Positions 24,094 through 34,202 of a stretch of 64,000 nucleotides of DNA are shown here, piece by piece. Made by a program: the position numbers and the translations under genes. This stretch comes from Thermoanaerobaculia bacterium (lineage in GTDB: Bacteria > Acidobacteriota > Thermoanaerobaculia > UBA5066). Numbering within the stretch: the stretch's first letter is position 1; each line of letters begins with the position of its first letter. The DNA lies in assembly GCA_963719225.1 (NCBI GenBank), contig CAVRAY010000001.1, positions 1,472,001 to 1,536,000 of the forward strand, written 5' to 3'. The notes beneath the pieces were generated by a model. It worked only from the letters and a program-made list of their open reading frames with translations. It ran no database searches and was not told where the DNA came from.

Positions 24094-25527
24094 ATGTCGA
24101 GTCGCCCCCCCGGCCGTGGGTTCGTCGTTCGCCGCGTGACCATGCGCCGCGTCGCCGAGACGCAGATGTCCTTCGGAGACACGGGCCCGGACGCGACGGC
24201 GATGACCGTGTCGGAACTCGTGCGGCGAATGAACGGGATTCTCAAAGGGGGGATTCCGGACGTTTGGGTGAAGGGTGAGATCGCCAACTTGCAGCGCCCG
24301 GGCTCGGGCCACCTCTATTTTTCTTTGAAGGATGAGCGGGCGGCGATGCCGTGTCTGATGTGGCGGAGCACCGTCGTCCGTCTTCCCTTCGAAGCAGAAG
24401 AAGGACTTCTCGTCCTGGCGCGAGGCTACCCGGACGTGTACGCATCGTCCGGGAAGCTCTCTCTCGTCGTTTCCGAGCTGCAGCCCTCGGGCATCGGCGC
24501 GCTCCAGCTCGCCTACGAGCAGCTGAAAGCTCGCCTTGCCGCGGAGGGGCTCTTCCAGGCCGCCCGGAAGCGGCCGCTGCCGCTCCTGCCGCGGCGCATC
24601 GGCATCGTGACGTCGCGTCACGCGGCCGCTCTGCGCGACATCCTCAAGGTCCTGGGGGCGCGCTTTCCGAACGCGCACGTGACGATCTACCCGGCCTCGG
24701 TCCAGGGTCCGACGGCGGCATGGGAAATCGTGCGCGCGCTCAACGCCTTCACCCGAGTTCCTGGATCCGCGGACGTCCTCATCGTCGCGCGCGGCGGAGG
24801 CTCGAAGGAGGACCTCGCGGCGTTCAACGACGAGGCGGTCGTCCGCGCCGTCGCGGCCTCGCGCGTGCCCGTGATCTCCGCCGTCGGCCACGAAGTCGAC
24901 GTGACGCTCACCGATCTCGCGGCGGACCTCCGCGCGGCGACGCCCTCCCAGGCGGCGGAGCTCGTCGTGGAGCGTCTCGACCGCTTCGAGGAGCGCCTCG
25001 AGCGCGGGGAGAGGGATTTGAGGATTTCCTTGAAGGGGAAAATGGACAGGGCCGCGCACCGCGTCGCCGGGCTCGCATCGGCGCCTGCCCTGACGCAGTT
25101 TCGAGCGACCGTTCGCCAGGCCGGGGTCGATTCGCGCGCCACGGCGCGCGCTCTTTTCTCTTCCTTTCAGAGAATCCCCTCTTCTCTTCTCTTACGTGTC
25201 TCGCGCTACGAAGAGAGCGTGCGGGGCTGGGTCGACCGCGCGGCACTCCCGTTCCTCCTCGACCGGGTCGCGTCCGAGAGACGCGCCGCCGCCGACCGCA
25301 TCGCCGCGCGCATCGCGGCCGCGAACGAGAAGCTGAGCGTTGCGGTCGGGCGCCTCGAGGCATTGAGCCCGCTGCGGGTTCTCGCGCGCGGGTATGCGAT
25401 CGTGACGAAGGAAGGCCAGACGGTTCCCGTGACCGACGCCGGGAGCCTTGCGGCCGGCGATTCCGTGCAGGTGCGACTCGCCCGCGGGCGCGCCTCCGCC
25501 CGCGTCCTTTCTACGGAGACCACATGA
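24094..25527 (+). CDS. xseA: Exodeoxyribonuclease VII large subunit
   Basis: SGHLYFSLKD, ARGGGSKEDL, SAVGHEVD, AATPSQAAE, LSPLRVLARGY. Confidence 0.96.
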   Translation: MSSRPPGRGFVVRRVTMRRVAETQMSFGDTGPDATAMTVSELVRRMNGILKGGIPDVWVKGEIANLQRPGSGHLYFSLKDERAAMPCLMWRSTVVRLPFEAEEGLLVLARGYPDVYASSGKLSLVVSELQPSGIGALQLAYEQLKARLAAEGLFQAARKRPLPLLPRRIGIVTSRHAAALRDILKVLGARFPNAHVTIYPASVQGPTAAWEIVRALNAFTRVPGSADVLIVARGGGSKEDLAAFNDEAVVRAVAASRVPVISAVGHEVDVTLTDLAADLRAATPSQAAELVVERLDRFEERLERGERDLRISLKGKMDRAAHRVAGLASAPALTQFRATVRQAGVDSRATARALFSSFQRIPSSLLLRVSRYEESVRGWVDRAALPFLLDRVASERRAAADRIAARIAAANEKLSVAVGRLEALSPLRVLARGYAIVTKEGQTVPVTDAGSLAAGDSVQVRLARGRASARVLSTETT

Positions 25528-25808
25528 GCAAGATCAAGGCCCCGCCGAAGAACCTCTCGTTCGAGAAGGCGCTCGAACGCCTCCAGGAGATCGTCGCCGA
25601 GCTCGAAGACCCCGACAAGGGCCTCGAGGAGAGCCTCGAGCTGTTCGAAGAGGGCGTGGGGCTCTCGCGCTTCTGCCGGGGCCGCATCGACGAGATCGAA
25701 AAGCGGGTCGAGGTCGTCCTGAGGGAGACGCCGGACGCGCTCGTGACGGAACCTCTCGACGACGAGCTCGACGAGGACGCGCTCGACGGGGAAGAGCCGG
25801 AGCGATGA
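25524..25808 (+). CDS. xseB: Exodeoxyribonuclease VII small subunit
   Basis: SFEKALERLQEIV..LE..LEESLELFEEG; ATGA overlap with xseA. Confidence 0.93.
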   Translation: MSKIKAPPKNLSFEKALERLQEIVAELEDPDKGLEESLELFEEGVGLSRFCRGRIDEIEKRVEVVLRETPDALVTEPLDDELDEDALDGEEPER

Positions 25809-26731
25809 CGGGAGGAAAGGCCGGCACGACCCTGCCGGCGGCCCTCGAGAATCGACGCCAAGACGTCGAGGAGGCGCTTGTCGCCATCCTTCCCCCGGAG
25901 GGAGCCGAGCCGGCCTCCCTCGTGGCCGCGATGCGCTACAGCGTCCTCGCGGGCGGCAAGCGGCTTCGGCCGCTCCTGTTTCTCGCGGGAGCCGAAGCCT
26001 GCGGCAAGGAGCTCCGCGCGAACGATGCCCTTCCGGCCGCGGCGGCGCTGGAGCTTCTCCACACGTACTCGCTCATCCACGACGACCTCCCGTGCATGGA
26101 CGACGATGCGCTCCGGCGGGGAAGGCCGACGTGCCACGTCGTGTTCGGCGAGGCGACGGCGCTCCTCGCGGGCGACGCGCTCCAGACTCTCGGCTTCGAG
26201 GTCCTCGCAACGCGGCCCTCCGGCGACGCCTACGCGGCTCGGCGCGCGCGCGCCGTCGCCTGGACGGCGGCGGCGATCGGAGTCGCGGGGATGGCCGGCG
26301 GCCAGGCTCTCGATCTCGAGGCCGCGGGGAAGGTGCTTCCCGAACCCGAGCGCGCCGACCTCCTTCGCCGCATTCATACCCTGAAGACGGGGCGCCTCAT
26401 CCGTCTCTCGCTCGAGCTTGGAGCGCTCCACGCCGGGGCGGACGAAGGCCAGCTTCAGCACATCTCGCGCTACGGCGACGCCCTGGGCCTCCTGTTTCAG
26501 ATCGCCGACGATCTCCTGGACGTCACGCAGACGTCGGCGACGCTCGGAAAGACCGCCGGAAAGGACCTCGCCCAGGACAAGCTCACGTATCCGGCCGTCT
26601 TCGGTCTCGAGGGAGCGTTCCGCGAGCGCGATCTCGCGCTCGCGGCGGCACGCGACGCCGCCCGGGGTCTCGAAGGCGAAACGGGTCCGCTCGCCGGTCT
26701 GGCGGCGTTCGCGGCGGGACGCGACCGGTGA
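25805..26731 (+). CDS. ispA: Farnesyl/geranylgeranyl diphosphate synthase
   Basis: GGKRLRP, SLIHDDLPCMDDDALRRG, FQIADDLLD, GKTAGKD. Confidence 0.93.
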   Translation: MTGGKAGTTLPAALENRRQDVEEALVAILPPEGAEPASLVAAMRYSVLAGGKRLRPLLFLAGAEACGKELRANDALPAAAALELLHTYSLIHDDLPCMDDDALRRGRPTCHVVFGEATALLAGDALQTLGFEVLATRPSGDAYAARRARAVAWTAAAIGVAGMAGGQALDLEAAGKVLPEPERADLLRRIHTLKTGRLIRLSLELGALHAGADEGQLQHISRYGDALGLLFQIADDLLDVTQTSATLGKTAGKDLAQDKLTYPAVFGLEGAFRERDLALAAARDAARGLEGETGPLAGLAAFAAGRDR

Positions 26732-26753
26732 TGAGGAACACGGAGGGCGTACA

Positions 26754-29225
26754 GTGATCGACATGCCTCTCGTGCGCCGCATCTCGCTCTCCTTCGCGCT
26801 CCTGTGTCTCGTGACGGCTGCGATCCTCGTGGTCCGCCTCGCGGGCTCGGAAGCGCGCGCACTGGAGGCCGCCACGAGGGAGGCGGATGCGGTCGCCGGC
26901 CGGGCGGCGGCCGCGATCGGCTCGCTCCTCGTCTTTCAGGACGCCGACGGAGCCCTCGAGACGGTCAAGGACATGGTTCCCGGCCGGCGCCTCGTCTCGG
27001 TCGTCGTTCTGAACAGGGCCGGCCTCTCCGCAGCGGCCTGGCAGGCTCCGACGACGGGAGAGGCATGCGTCGCGCGCGCCGCGGTGATTTATGAGGGAAA
27101 ACGCGTCGGCACACTCGTCCTTGGTCTCTCGCTCGCTCCCGCTCGCGAGGCGGCGGGCCGGGAAAGCCGCGGTCTGCTCGCGGCAGCTCTCGCCCTCGCC
27201 GCACTGGGGGCCGGAGCGGGGACCTTGTCGTTGCTCTTTCCCCTGAAGAAGCGGATGAAGCAGGTGTCCCTGGAGCGCGAGCGCCTCACGGTCGAACGTG
27301 ACGCGCTCGCCGAGTCCGCCGCCCAAACGGACGTCCTTCTTCAGCGCGAGCGGAAGGACCGGCGCTTCGTGGAAAACACGCTGTCGGGGCGAGACCTCCT
27401 CGATCGCGATCGGCGGCTGATCCTGGAGAAGATCGCGCGCGGCGAACCGCTGCGCGTCGTCCTCCCGGAGATCGCGTCGCTCGTCGAGCACCAGCGCCCT
27501 CGCACGATCTGCGCGATCTCGCCGCTTCGACAGGGTGTTCGCGCCTTGGGCTCCGCCGGCCCGGTCGGACCTTTCGGCACGGCGCAGGAAGACATCCCGC
27601 TCGGGTCCACGACACCGCCTCTCGCGCGGGCGGTCGAAGAGCATCGCCTCGTCGTCACGCGCGACGTCCCCGGAGACTCACTTTGGGCCGAGTGCCGCGA
27701 GACCTTCGCGCCGCACGGGATCGTCGCCTGCTGGACGATTCCCATCGAGACCGGAAACGGAGTCGTCCTCGGCACCCTGAGTGTTCTTCTTCACGAGACG
27801 CGGCGGCCGGAACGGGCCGATGCGGCCCTTCTCTCGAATGCGGCGTCTCTGGCGGCGATCGCGATCGAGCAGCGCCAGCTCGCCGAGCAGCTCGCATTCC
27901 AGGCGCGCTTCGATTCGCTCACGAGCCTGCCGAACCGGTTTTCGTTCGAGGAGAGCCTGCAAAAGGCGGTTTCACGATCCGCGGGAAGCGGGGAACGCGT
28001 GATCCTCGCCTACGTCGATCTCGACCGTTTCAAGCAGGTCAACGATACGTTCGGGCATGCGGGCGGCGACGTGCTCCTGCGCGAGGTCGCGTTCCGGCTC
28101 TCGGGCGCGCTCGCCAACGGAGACGTTCTCGCACGCATGGGTGGCGACGAGTTCTGCGTGATCCGTTTCGAGGCATCCGCCGACCCGCTCGCCGTGCGTT
28201 CCCTTCCGGAGCAGGTTCTCGAGACGCTCAAGGCCCCGTTCGACCTGAGGGGCGAGGAGGTCTTCGTCGGGGCGAGCGTCGGCGTGAGCGTGTTCCCGGA
28301 CGACGCGCGCGACGTCGTGGCTCTCCAGAGGCACGCGGACGCCGCGATGTACGCGGCGAAGGGTTTCGCCGGGAACGGCTACCGGGTGTTCGGACCCGAC
28401 GTGACTCTCGGCGGAGGCGAACGCCTTCGGCTCGAGAACGACCTGCGCAGGGCTCTCGTGCGGGGAGAGCTCGAAATCGCCTACCAGCCGCAGGTGGATC
28501 GCAACGGCGAGGTCATGGGCGCCGAGGCTCTCCTGAGGTGGAACCATCCGGAGCTCGGCCTCGTGAAGCCGAATCGCTTCATCCCCATCGCCGAGGAGAG
28601 CGGCCTCATTCTCTCCATCGGGCTGTGGGTCTTCGAGGAGGTCTGCAACCGGCTCGCGGCCTGGCGGCGCGACGGGATCGCGAGCGTTCCGGTCTCCGTC
28701 AACCTGTCGCCGGTCCAGTTTTCACAAGCGGACCTCTCGGAGACCCTCGAACGCATTCTCGCGACACACGCGGTGCCTGCATCCCTCCTGCGCCTCGAGG
28801 TCACGGAGAGTCTTCTCGTGAAGGACGTCGCGGCGACGATGGCGCTCCTCGGCCGGCTGAAGACCCTCGGGCTCGGCCTCGCCGTGGACGACTTCGGGAC
28901 CGGTTATTCGTCGCTGTCGTATCTCCAGCTTCTGCCGATCGACGAGCTGAAGATCGACCAGGCATTTCTTCGCGAGCTCTCCACCCCGGTCGACCCCGAC
29001 AGCCGGAACGCGAAGCTCGTCCAGACGATGGTGACGCTCGGTCACGACCTCGGCCTCGTGGTGGTGGCGGAGGGTGTCGAGACGGCGGGCCAGATCGAGT
29101 TCATGCAGCGTGCCGGCTGCGATCGCCTGCAGGGCTTCGGCGTGAGCCCCCCGCTCTCCGCGTCCGCCTTCTCGGAGCTGCTCGGCTCCATGCCCGTGCC
29201 CGGCCGCTTGCACCGGGCGAGCTAA
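26754..29225 (+). CDS. Membrane-anchored GAF-GGDEF-EAL diguanylate cyclase/phosphodiesterase
   Basis: Two TM segments, GAF-like region, intact GGDEF, EAL and DDFGTGYSS motifs; GGAGG RBS before GTG. Confidence 0.92.
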   Translation: MIDMPLVRRISLSFALLCLVTAAILVVRLAGSEARALEAATREADAVAGRAAAAIGSLLVFQDADGALETVKDMVPGRRLVSVVVLNRAGLSAAAWQAPTTGEACVARAAVIYEGKRVGTLVLGLSLAPAREAAGRESRGLLAAALALAALGAGAGTLSLLFPLKKRMKQVSLERERLTVERDALAESAAQTDVLLQRERKDRRFVENTLSGRDLLDRDRRLILEKIARGEPLRVVLPEIASLVEHQRPRTICAISPLRQGVRALGSAGPVGPFGTAQEDIPLGSTTPPLARAVEEHRLVVTRDVPGDSLWAECRETFAPHGIVACWTIPIETGNGVVLGTLSVLLHETRRPERADAALLSNAASLAAIAIEQRQLAEQLAFQARFDSLTSLPNRFSFEESLQKAVSRSAGSGERVILAYVDLDRFKQVNDTFGHAGGDVLLREVAFRLSGALANGDVLARMGGDEFCVIRFEASADPLAVRSLPEQVLETLKAPFDLRGEEVFVGASVGVSVFPDDARDVVALQRHADAAMYAAKGFAGNGYRVFGPDVTLGGGERLRLENDLRRALVRGELEIAYQPQVDRNGEVMGAEALLRWNHPELGLVKPNRFIPIAEESGLILSIGLWVFEEVCNRLAAWRRDGIASVPVSVNLSPVQFSQADLSETLERILATHAVPASLLRLEVTESLLVKDVAATMALLGRLKTLGLGLAVDDFGTGYSSLSYLQLLPIDELKIDQAFLRELSTPVDPDSRNAKLVQTMVTLGHDLGLVVVAEGVETAGQIEFMQRAGCDRLQGFGVSPPLSASAFSELLGSMPVPGRLHRAS

Positions 29226-29234
29226 TATCCAAAG

Positions 29235-29624
29235 GTGGCAACGAGCTCCGAGAACCGCCGCTTCGGATGGACTGTGGGAGGCGTCTTCGCCGTCCTGGGC
29301 GGCCTCCTTCTGTGGCGTCATCGGAACGCCGCGGCCGTCGTCGCTTTCGCGATCGGCGGGCCCCTCCTCCTTCTGGCCGCGATCTTCCCGGCGGGCCTCG
29401 CCCGGCCCCATCGCGCATGGCTCGCGTTCGCGCGCGTTCTCGCCCGCGTCAACTCCACGATCTTCCTGTTCCTCACGTTCTTTCTGATCCTCACGCCGCT
29501 CGGGTTCGTCCTGCGCCTTTTCGGGCGGGACGAGCTGAAGCGCCGCGCACCCGCGCCCGCCTCGATGTGGTCGCCTTATCCGGAGAGGAACGGCGACCCC
29601 AGCCATTACGAGACGATCTGGTGA
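29235..29624 (+). CDS. SxtJ-family membrane protein
   Basis: RRFG..VG, W..FA..L..VNS..L...FF.ILTP.G...R.FGRD.L. Confidence 0.8.
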   Translation: MATSSENRRFGWTVGGVFAVLGGLLLWRHRNAAAVVAFAIGGPLLLLAAIFPAGLARPHRAWLAFARVLARVNSTIFLFLTFFLILTPLGFVLRLFGRDELKRRAPAPASMWSPYPERNGDPSHYETIW

Positions 29625-29782
29625 TGAGCAAGAGCGAGGTCCTTTCGCAGCTGTGGCAATTCCTCAAGTACCGCAAGAAGTACTGGCTCATGCCCATCGT
29701 GTTCCTCCTCGTCCTCGTCGGCCTTCTCCTCGTCCTCGCCGAGAAGAGCGTCATCGCTCCCTTCATCTACACGCTGTTCTAG
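29624..29782 (+). CDS. SxtK/DUF5989-family small membrane protein (52 aa)
   Basis: LWQFLKYRKKYWLMPI...APFIYTLF. Confidence 0.85.
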   Translation: MSKSEVLSQLWQFLKYRKKYWLMPIVFLLVLVGLLLVLAEKSVIAPFIYTLF

Positions 29783-29786
29783 AGCC

Positions 29787-31751
29787 GTGACGGCGATCCT
29801 CGGCCTCTCGGCCTACTACCACGACGCGGCGGCGTGTCTTCTCGTCGACGGGACGATCGTCGCCGCGGCCCAGGAAGAGCGCTTCACGCGCAAGAAGCAC
29901 GACGCGGAATTTCCCGCTCACGCGGCGCGCTATTGCCTCGAGGCGGGCGGGCTCACCGCCGACCGCCTCGACCACGTCACGTTCTACGACAAGCCGCTCG
30001 TGAAATTCGAGCGCCTCTTCGAGACGTATCTCGACTACGCGCCGCGCGGATTCGCGTCCTTCCGCAAGGCGATGCCTCTCTGGATCACCGACAGGCTCTG
30101 GATGTCCGAGCGCATCGGGAAGGAGCTGGGCTTTTCGGGCCGGATCCTCTTCTCCGATCATCACGAGTCGCACGCGGCGTCGGCCTTCTACCCGTCGCCG
30201 TACGAGGAGGCCGCCGTGCTCACGATGGACGGCGTCGGGGAATGGGCGACGTCCTCCCTCGGAGTCGGGAGCGGCAACCGGCTCGATATGCAGTCGGAGC
30301 TCAAGTTTCCCCATTCCATCGGCCTTCTCTATTCCGCGTTCACGTACTTCTGCGGTTTCAAGGTGAACAGCGGCGAGTACAAGCTCATGGGCCTCGCGCC
30401 CTACGGCGAGCCGAAGTACACCGGGGTGATCCGCGAGAAGCTCGTCCATGTCTGCGAGGACGGCTCGATCCGCCTCGACATGGATTACTTCGATTTTGCC
30501 GACCGCCTGACGATGACGGGCAGAGGATTCGAGAGGCTCTTCGGCGGCCCGGCGCGCGCGCCCGAGTCGAAGCTCACGCAGCGCGAGATGGACCTGGCAC
30601 GCTCGATCCAGGACGTCACGGAGGAGATCGTCCTGAAGATGGCCCGGCACGCGAAAAAGACGACGGGCGCACGGTATCTCTGCATGGCGGGCGGCGTCGC
30701 TCTGAATTGCGTGGCGAACGGCAAGCTCCTCGAGGCGGGGATCTTCGACGACATCTGGATCCAGCCCGCCGCGGGCGATGCGGGCGGGGCCGTGGGCGCG
30801 GCGCTCTCGATCTGGCACCGCCACCTCGGCAAGTCGCGTGAGAGCGCGGAGACGCGGGGGACATGGAGGCTGGGAAATGAGAAAGAGAAGAAAAGAGAAG
30901 ATTCTTTGAATGAGAATGCAGCAGGTGCGGACGGCGGCGCGCCGCGGGCGACCGATGCGCCCGCCTCAGCGGCGTCCGTTGCCGATCTGCCGCCGTACGA
31001 AGACGGCATGTCGGGCGCGTTCCTCGGCCCCTCTTACCCTTCCAAGCAAATACAGACCTGGCTCGAGTCGAAACATTACCCGTACCGAACTGTTGATCCC
31101 GCCGCGCTCCCAGGCGAAGTTGCCGACCTCCTCGCTTCCGGCAAGATCGTGGGCCTCCTCCAGGGACGCATGGAGTTCGGGCCGCGGGCGCTCGGCGGGC
31201 GCAGCATCCTCGGCGACCCGCGTTCGCCGGCGATGCAGTCGGTCATGAACCTCAAGATCAAGTTCCGCGAGTCGTTCCGGCCGTTCGCGCCGTCCGTCCT
31301 CCGCGAGGACGTGTCGCGCTGGTTCGCGTTTTCGGGAGACTCGCCTTACATGCTCCTCTGCGCCGACGTCGTGGCGGAGAAGCGCCGCGCGATGACCGCC
31401 GAGGAGAACGCGCTCTGGGGAATCGAGAAGCTCAACGTGCCGCGCTCGTCGATCCCCGCGGTCACGCACGTGGATTATTCCGCGCGCCTTCAGACCGTCC
31501 GCCGGGAGACGAACCCCGTCTATCACGCGATCCTTTCCGCATTCCAGGAGCGCACGGGCTGTCCCGTCGTCGTGAACACGTCGTTCAACGTGCGCGGCGA
31601 GCCGATCGTCTGCACACCCGAGGACGCGTACCGCTGCTTCATGCGGACGGCGATGGACGTCCTCGTCCTCGAGAACCACGTCCTCCTGCGCGACGATCAG
31701 CCGCCCGCCGCCGACGGAGAGGACTGGAAGAAGACGTTCACGCTCGACTGA
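29787..31751 (+). CDS. O-carbamoyltransferase (NodU/CmcH/SxtI family)
   Basis: SAYYHDAAA, QEERFTRKKH, HHESHAASAF, GEYKLMGLAPYG, EFGPRALG.RS, NTSFNVRGEP. Confidence 0.94.
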   Translation: MTAILGLSAYYHDAAACLLVDGTIVAAAQEERFTRKKHDAEFPAHAARYCLEAGGLTADRLDHVTFYDKPLVKFERLFETYLDYAPRGFASFRKAMPLWITDRLWMSERIGKELGFSGRILFSDHHESHAASAFYPSPYEEAAVLTMDGVGEWATSSLGVGSGNRLDMQSELKFPHSIGLLYSAFTYFCGFKVNSGEYKLMGLAPYGEPKYTGVIREKLVHVCEDGSIRLDMDYFDFADRLTMTGRGFERLFGGPARAPESKLTQREMDLARSIQDVTEEIVLKMARHAKKTTGARYLCMAGGVALNCVANGKLLEAGIFDDIWIQPAAGDAGGAVGAALSIWHRHLGKSRESAETRGTWRLGNEKEKKREDSLNENAAGADGGAPRATDAPASAASVADLPPYEDGMSGAFLGPSYPSKQIQTWLESKHYPYRTVDPAALPGEVADLLASGKIVGLLQGRMEFGPRALGGRSILGDPRSPAMQSVMNLKIKFRESFRPFAPSVLREDVSRWFAFSGDSPYMLLCADVVAEKRRAMTAEENALWGIEKLNVPRSSIPAVTHVDYSARLQTVRRETNPVYHAILSAFQERTGCPVVVNTSFNVRGEPIVCTPEDAYRCFMRTAMDVLVLENHVLLRDDQPPAADGEDWKKTFTLD

Positions 31752-31755
31752 GCGG

Positions 31756-32610
31756 TCAGTAGACGGTGACGCGGCCGTCCTTTGCGATGCGGCGGACGCG
31801 CACGGCGTTCGTCACGGAGGCCTCGAGGAGCCACAGGTCGCCGTCCGGAGAGAACGTCCCGCCCGTCGGCGCCCAGGGAAAGGAAGACCGGGCGGCAACC
31901 GTGACCGTCCCGTCCGCAGCGATGCGGAGGACTTCGCGCGTCGCATAGCGCGCGACGTAGACGCCGCCCGGTCCCGTCCAGATCCCCATGAGCGCGTGGC
32001 GGGCGGCGACGAACGTCTGGGTGAGGCTCTTGGATCCGAGGCCGCGCGCGAGCGTCCGGATCGAACCCCCGGGAGAGATCGTGCGCAGGTCGCCGGAGTC
32101 GACGAAGTACAGAGTGCCGTCCGGAGAAACGGCGAGCCAGCGCACGTCCCGGCAGTCGGAGCACACCGCCCGAACGACGGTCGCGCCCGCCGAAGTCTTC
32201 ACGAAGAAGCGGGCGGCTGTATCCCCCTCTTTCCAGTAGGCGTTGCCGGCGGCGTCCCGCACGAAGCTCCAGTCGGTGCGGAACCCTTCGCGGGCGGGGA
32301 CGACGTCCGAGAGCCCGCCGTCGGGTCCGAGCCGCCAGACCCGGTACCCCCACCTCTTCGTCGCGTCTCCCTCGTACCAGAGGTGCTCGCCAAAGAGAGC
32401 GCCCGATGCGTCCAGCCACAGCTCGTGCGTGTGGACGTGCCCGACGGCGATCGTCCTGACGCCCGAGGGGTCGATCCGCCAGACGTTCGCGAGATCCGTG
32501 TAGAAGACGTTACCCCGCGCGTCCCGGACGATTCCGATGGCCGGGTGCGCGGCGGCGGCCCCGGCGAAGACGAGGAAGGCCAGAACGGCGAGCCGGCCGC
32601 CCGTGCGCAT
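31756..32610 (-). CDS. Secreted beta-propeller-like hypothetical protein
   Basis: Signal peptide MRTGGRLAVLAFLVFAGAAAA; repeated D..GN.Y / PDG.L[YW] blades. Confidence 0.7.
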   Translation of the reverse strand: MRTGGRLAVLAFLVFAGAAAAHPAIGIVRDARGNVFYTDLANVWRIDPSGVRTIAVGHVHTHELWLDASGALFGEHLWYEGDATKRWGYRVWRLGPDGGLSDVVPAREGFRTDWSFVRDAAGNAYWKEGDTAARFFVKTSAGATVVRAVCSDCRDVRWLAVSPDGTLYFVDSGDLRTISPGGSIRTLARGLGSKSLTQTFVAARHALMGIWTGPGGVYVARYATREVLRIAADGTVTVAARSSFPWAPTGGTFSPDGDLWLLEASVTNAVRVRRIAKDGRVTVY

Positions 32611-32612
32611 TC

Positions 32613-34022
32613 TCAGGGGAAGATTCCGAGCTCCATGTAGCTCACGGCGATCTTGTCGATCGCCGAGATGAACGCCGCGGTGCGGAGATCGGCTTTCGGG
32701 TGTTTTTTCTGCACGTCGCGGATCTGCCGCCACGCGACGGACATGGTCTCCTCGAGGCCCGAATTGACGAGATCTTCCTCCTCGGCCCCGTGAATGACGA
32801 GCTTGCGCTCGCCCGAGGAGAAGTGCTTGCCGGTCGCCCCTTCGATGGACTTCACCATCTCCTCGGCCCGCATCTCCTCGAAGCGCTTCTCCATGCGCCC
32901 GAAGCGCACGTGCGAGAGGTTTTTCAGCCACTCGAAGTACGACACGGTGACGCCGCCCGCGTTCAGGTACATGTCGGGGATGACGCAAACGCCTTTCTGG
33001 CGGAGGATCGCGTCGCCGTCGGCCGTGATCGGGCCGTTCGCGCCCTCGGCGATGATCTTCGCGCGGACCTTGGACGCGTTCGCGGCCGTGATCACGTTCT
33101 CGAGTGCGGCCGGGACGAGGATGTCGCAGTCGAGAAACAGGGCTTCCTCGCCGGGGAGGTCCGCCGCGCCGGGGAAGCCGGTGATCTTCCGCGTCTCGGC
33201 TCGGTGGTTCATGACCTCGGCGACGTCGAGGCCTTTCGGGTTCGCGATCGCGCCTTCCCACTCCAACAGGCCCACGATCACGGCACCGCCCTCCTGGAGA
33301 AAGCGCGCCGCGTGTGACCCGACGTTGCCGAGGCCCTGCACGACGACGCGCTTGCCCGCGAGGCCGCCGGAGAGGCCCAGCGTCTTGAGCAGCGCGGAGT
33401 CCGTGAGCGCCTCCTTGACGCCGAAGAAAACGCCGCGGCCCGTGGCTTCCTTGCGCCCGCGGATGCCGCCCTGGCTGATCGGTTTGCCCGTGACGCAGCC
33501 GATCGCGTCGATCTCGCCGGGGTGGAACTGGGCGTACGTGTCGGCGATCCAGGACATCTCCCGCGGGCCCGTTCCGTAGTCGGGAGCGGGCACGTCGATC
33601 CCGGGCCCGATGAAATTCTTCTTCGTGAGCTCGGCCGTGTAGCGTCGCGTGATGCGCTCGAGTTGTTCGACGGACACCTTTCGCGGGTCGATCTTGATGC
33701 CGCCCTTCGCACCGCCGAAGGGCACGTCCACGATCGCGCATTTGAACGTCATGAGGGCCGCGAGCGCGAGGACCTCGTCTTCGTTCACCTCCGGCGAGTA
33801 CCGGATTCCTCCCTTGACGGGCAGCTTGTGGTGGCTGTGCTCGGCGCGCCAGGCCTCGATGACCTCGTATCCGCCCCCCTCCTTTCGGACGGGGAAACGA
33901 AACTTGTAGATGCTGTTGCAGACCTTGATCTGATCCAGAAGTCCAGGCGGATAGTCGAGAAAGCTCGCGGCGGCGTCGAAATTCCGGTTCACGGTCTCCA
34001 GGAATCCGTTGGCTGCGGTCAT
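32613..34022 (-). CDS. Glutamate dehydrogenase 1 (Glu/Leu/Phe/Val family, animal-like C-terminal insert)
   Basis: [46 protein letters not shown]. Confidence 0.93.
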   Translation of the reverse strand: MTAANGFLETVNRNFDAAASFLDYPPGLLDQIKVCNSIYKFRFPVRKEGGGYEVIEAWRAEHSHHKLPVKGGIRYSPEVNEDEVLALAALMTFKCAIVDVPFGGAKGGIKIDPRKVSVEQLERITRRYTAELTKKNFIGPGIDVPAPDYGTGPREMSWIADTYAQFHPGEIDAIGCVTGKPISQGGIRGRKEATGRGVFFGVKEALTDSALLKTLGLSGGLAGKRVVVQGLGNVGSHAARFLQEGGAVIVGLLEWEGAIANPKGLDVAEVMNHRAETRKITGFPGAADLPGEEALFLDCDILVPAALENVITAANASKVRAKIIAEGANGPITADGDAILRQKGVCVIPDMYLNAGGVTVSYFEWLKNLSHVRFGRMEKRFEEMRAEEMVKSIEGATGKHFSSGERKLVIHGAEEEDLVNSGLEETMSVAWRQIRDVQKKHPKADLRTAAFISAIDKIAVSYMELGIFP

Positions 34023-34202
34023 CGATCCTCCGAATCCCGAGTGTAGGCGAGGTCCTCGGCGGGGTCGAGGTGATCCATATGACTCATGACGGACGAGGGG
34101 ACGGGCCCCTACGATGTCCATGATGAGCCGGTTGGAGGAGGGCGCCGTGTCCCAGGTCTCCGGCCGGGAACAAAAAGACTGGACAAAAGAGGGAGACTCC
34201 CG

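Noticed and set aside
29235-31751. Saxitoxin biosynthesis cluster
   Set aside because: Only I/J/K-like genes; no sxtA, sxtG or other core genes
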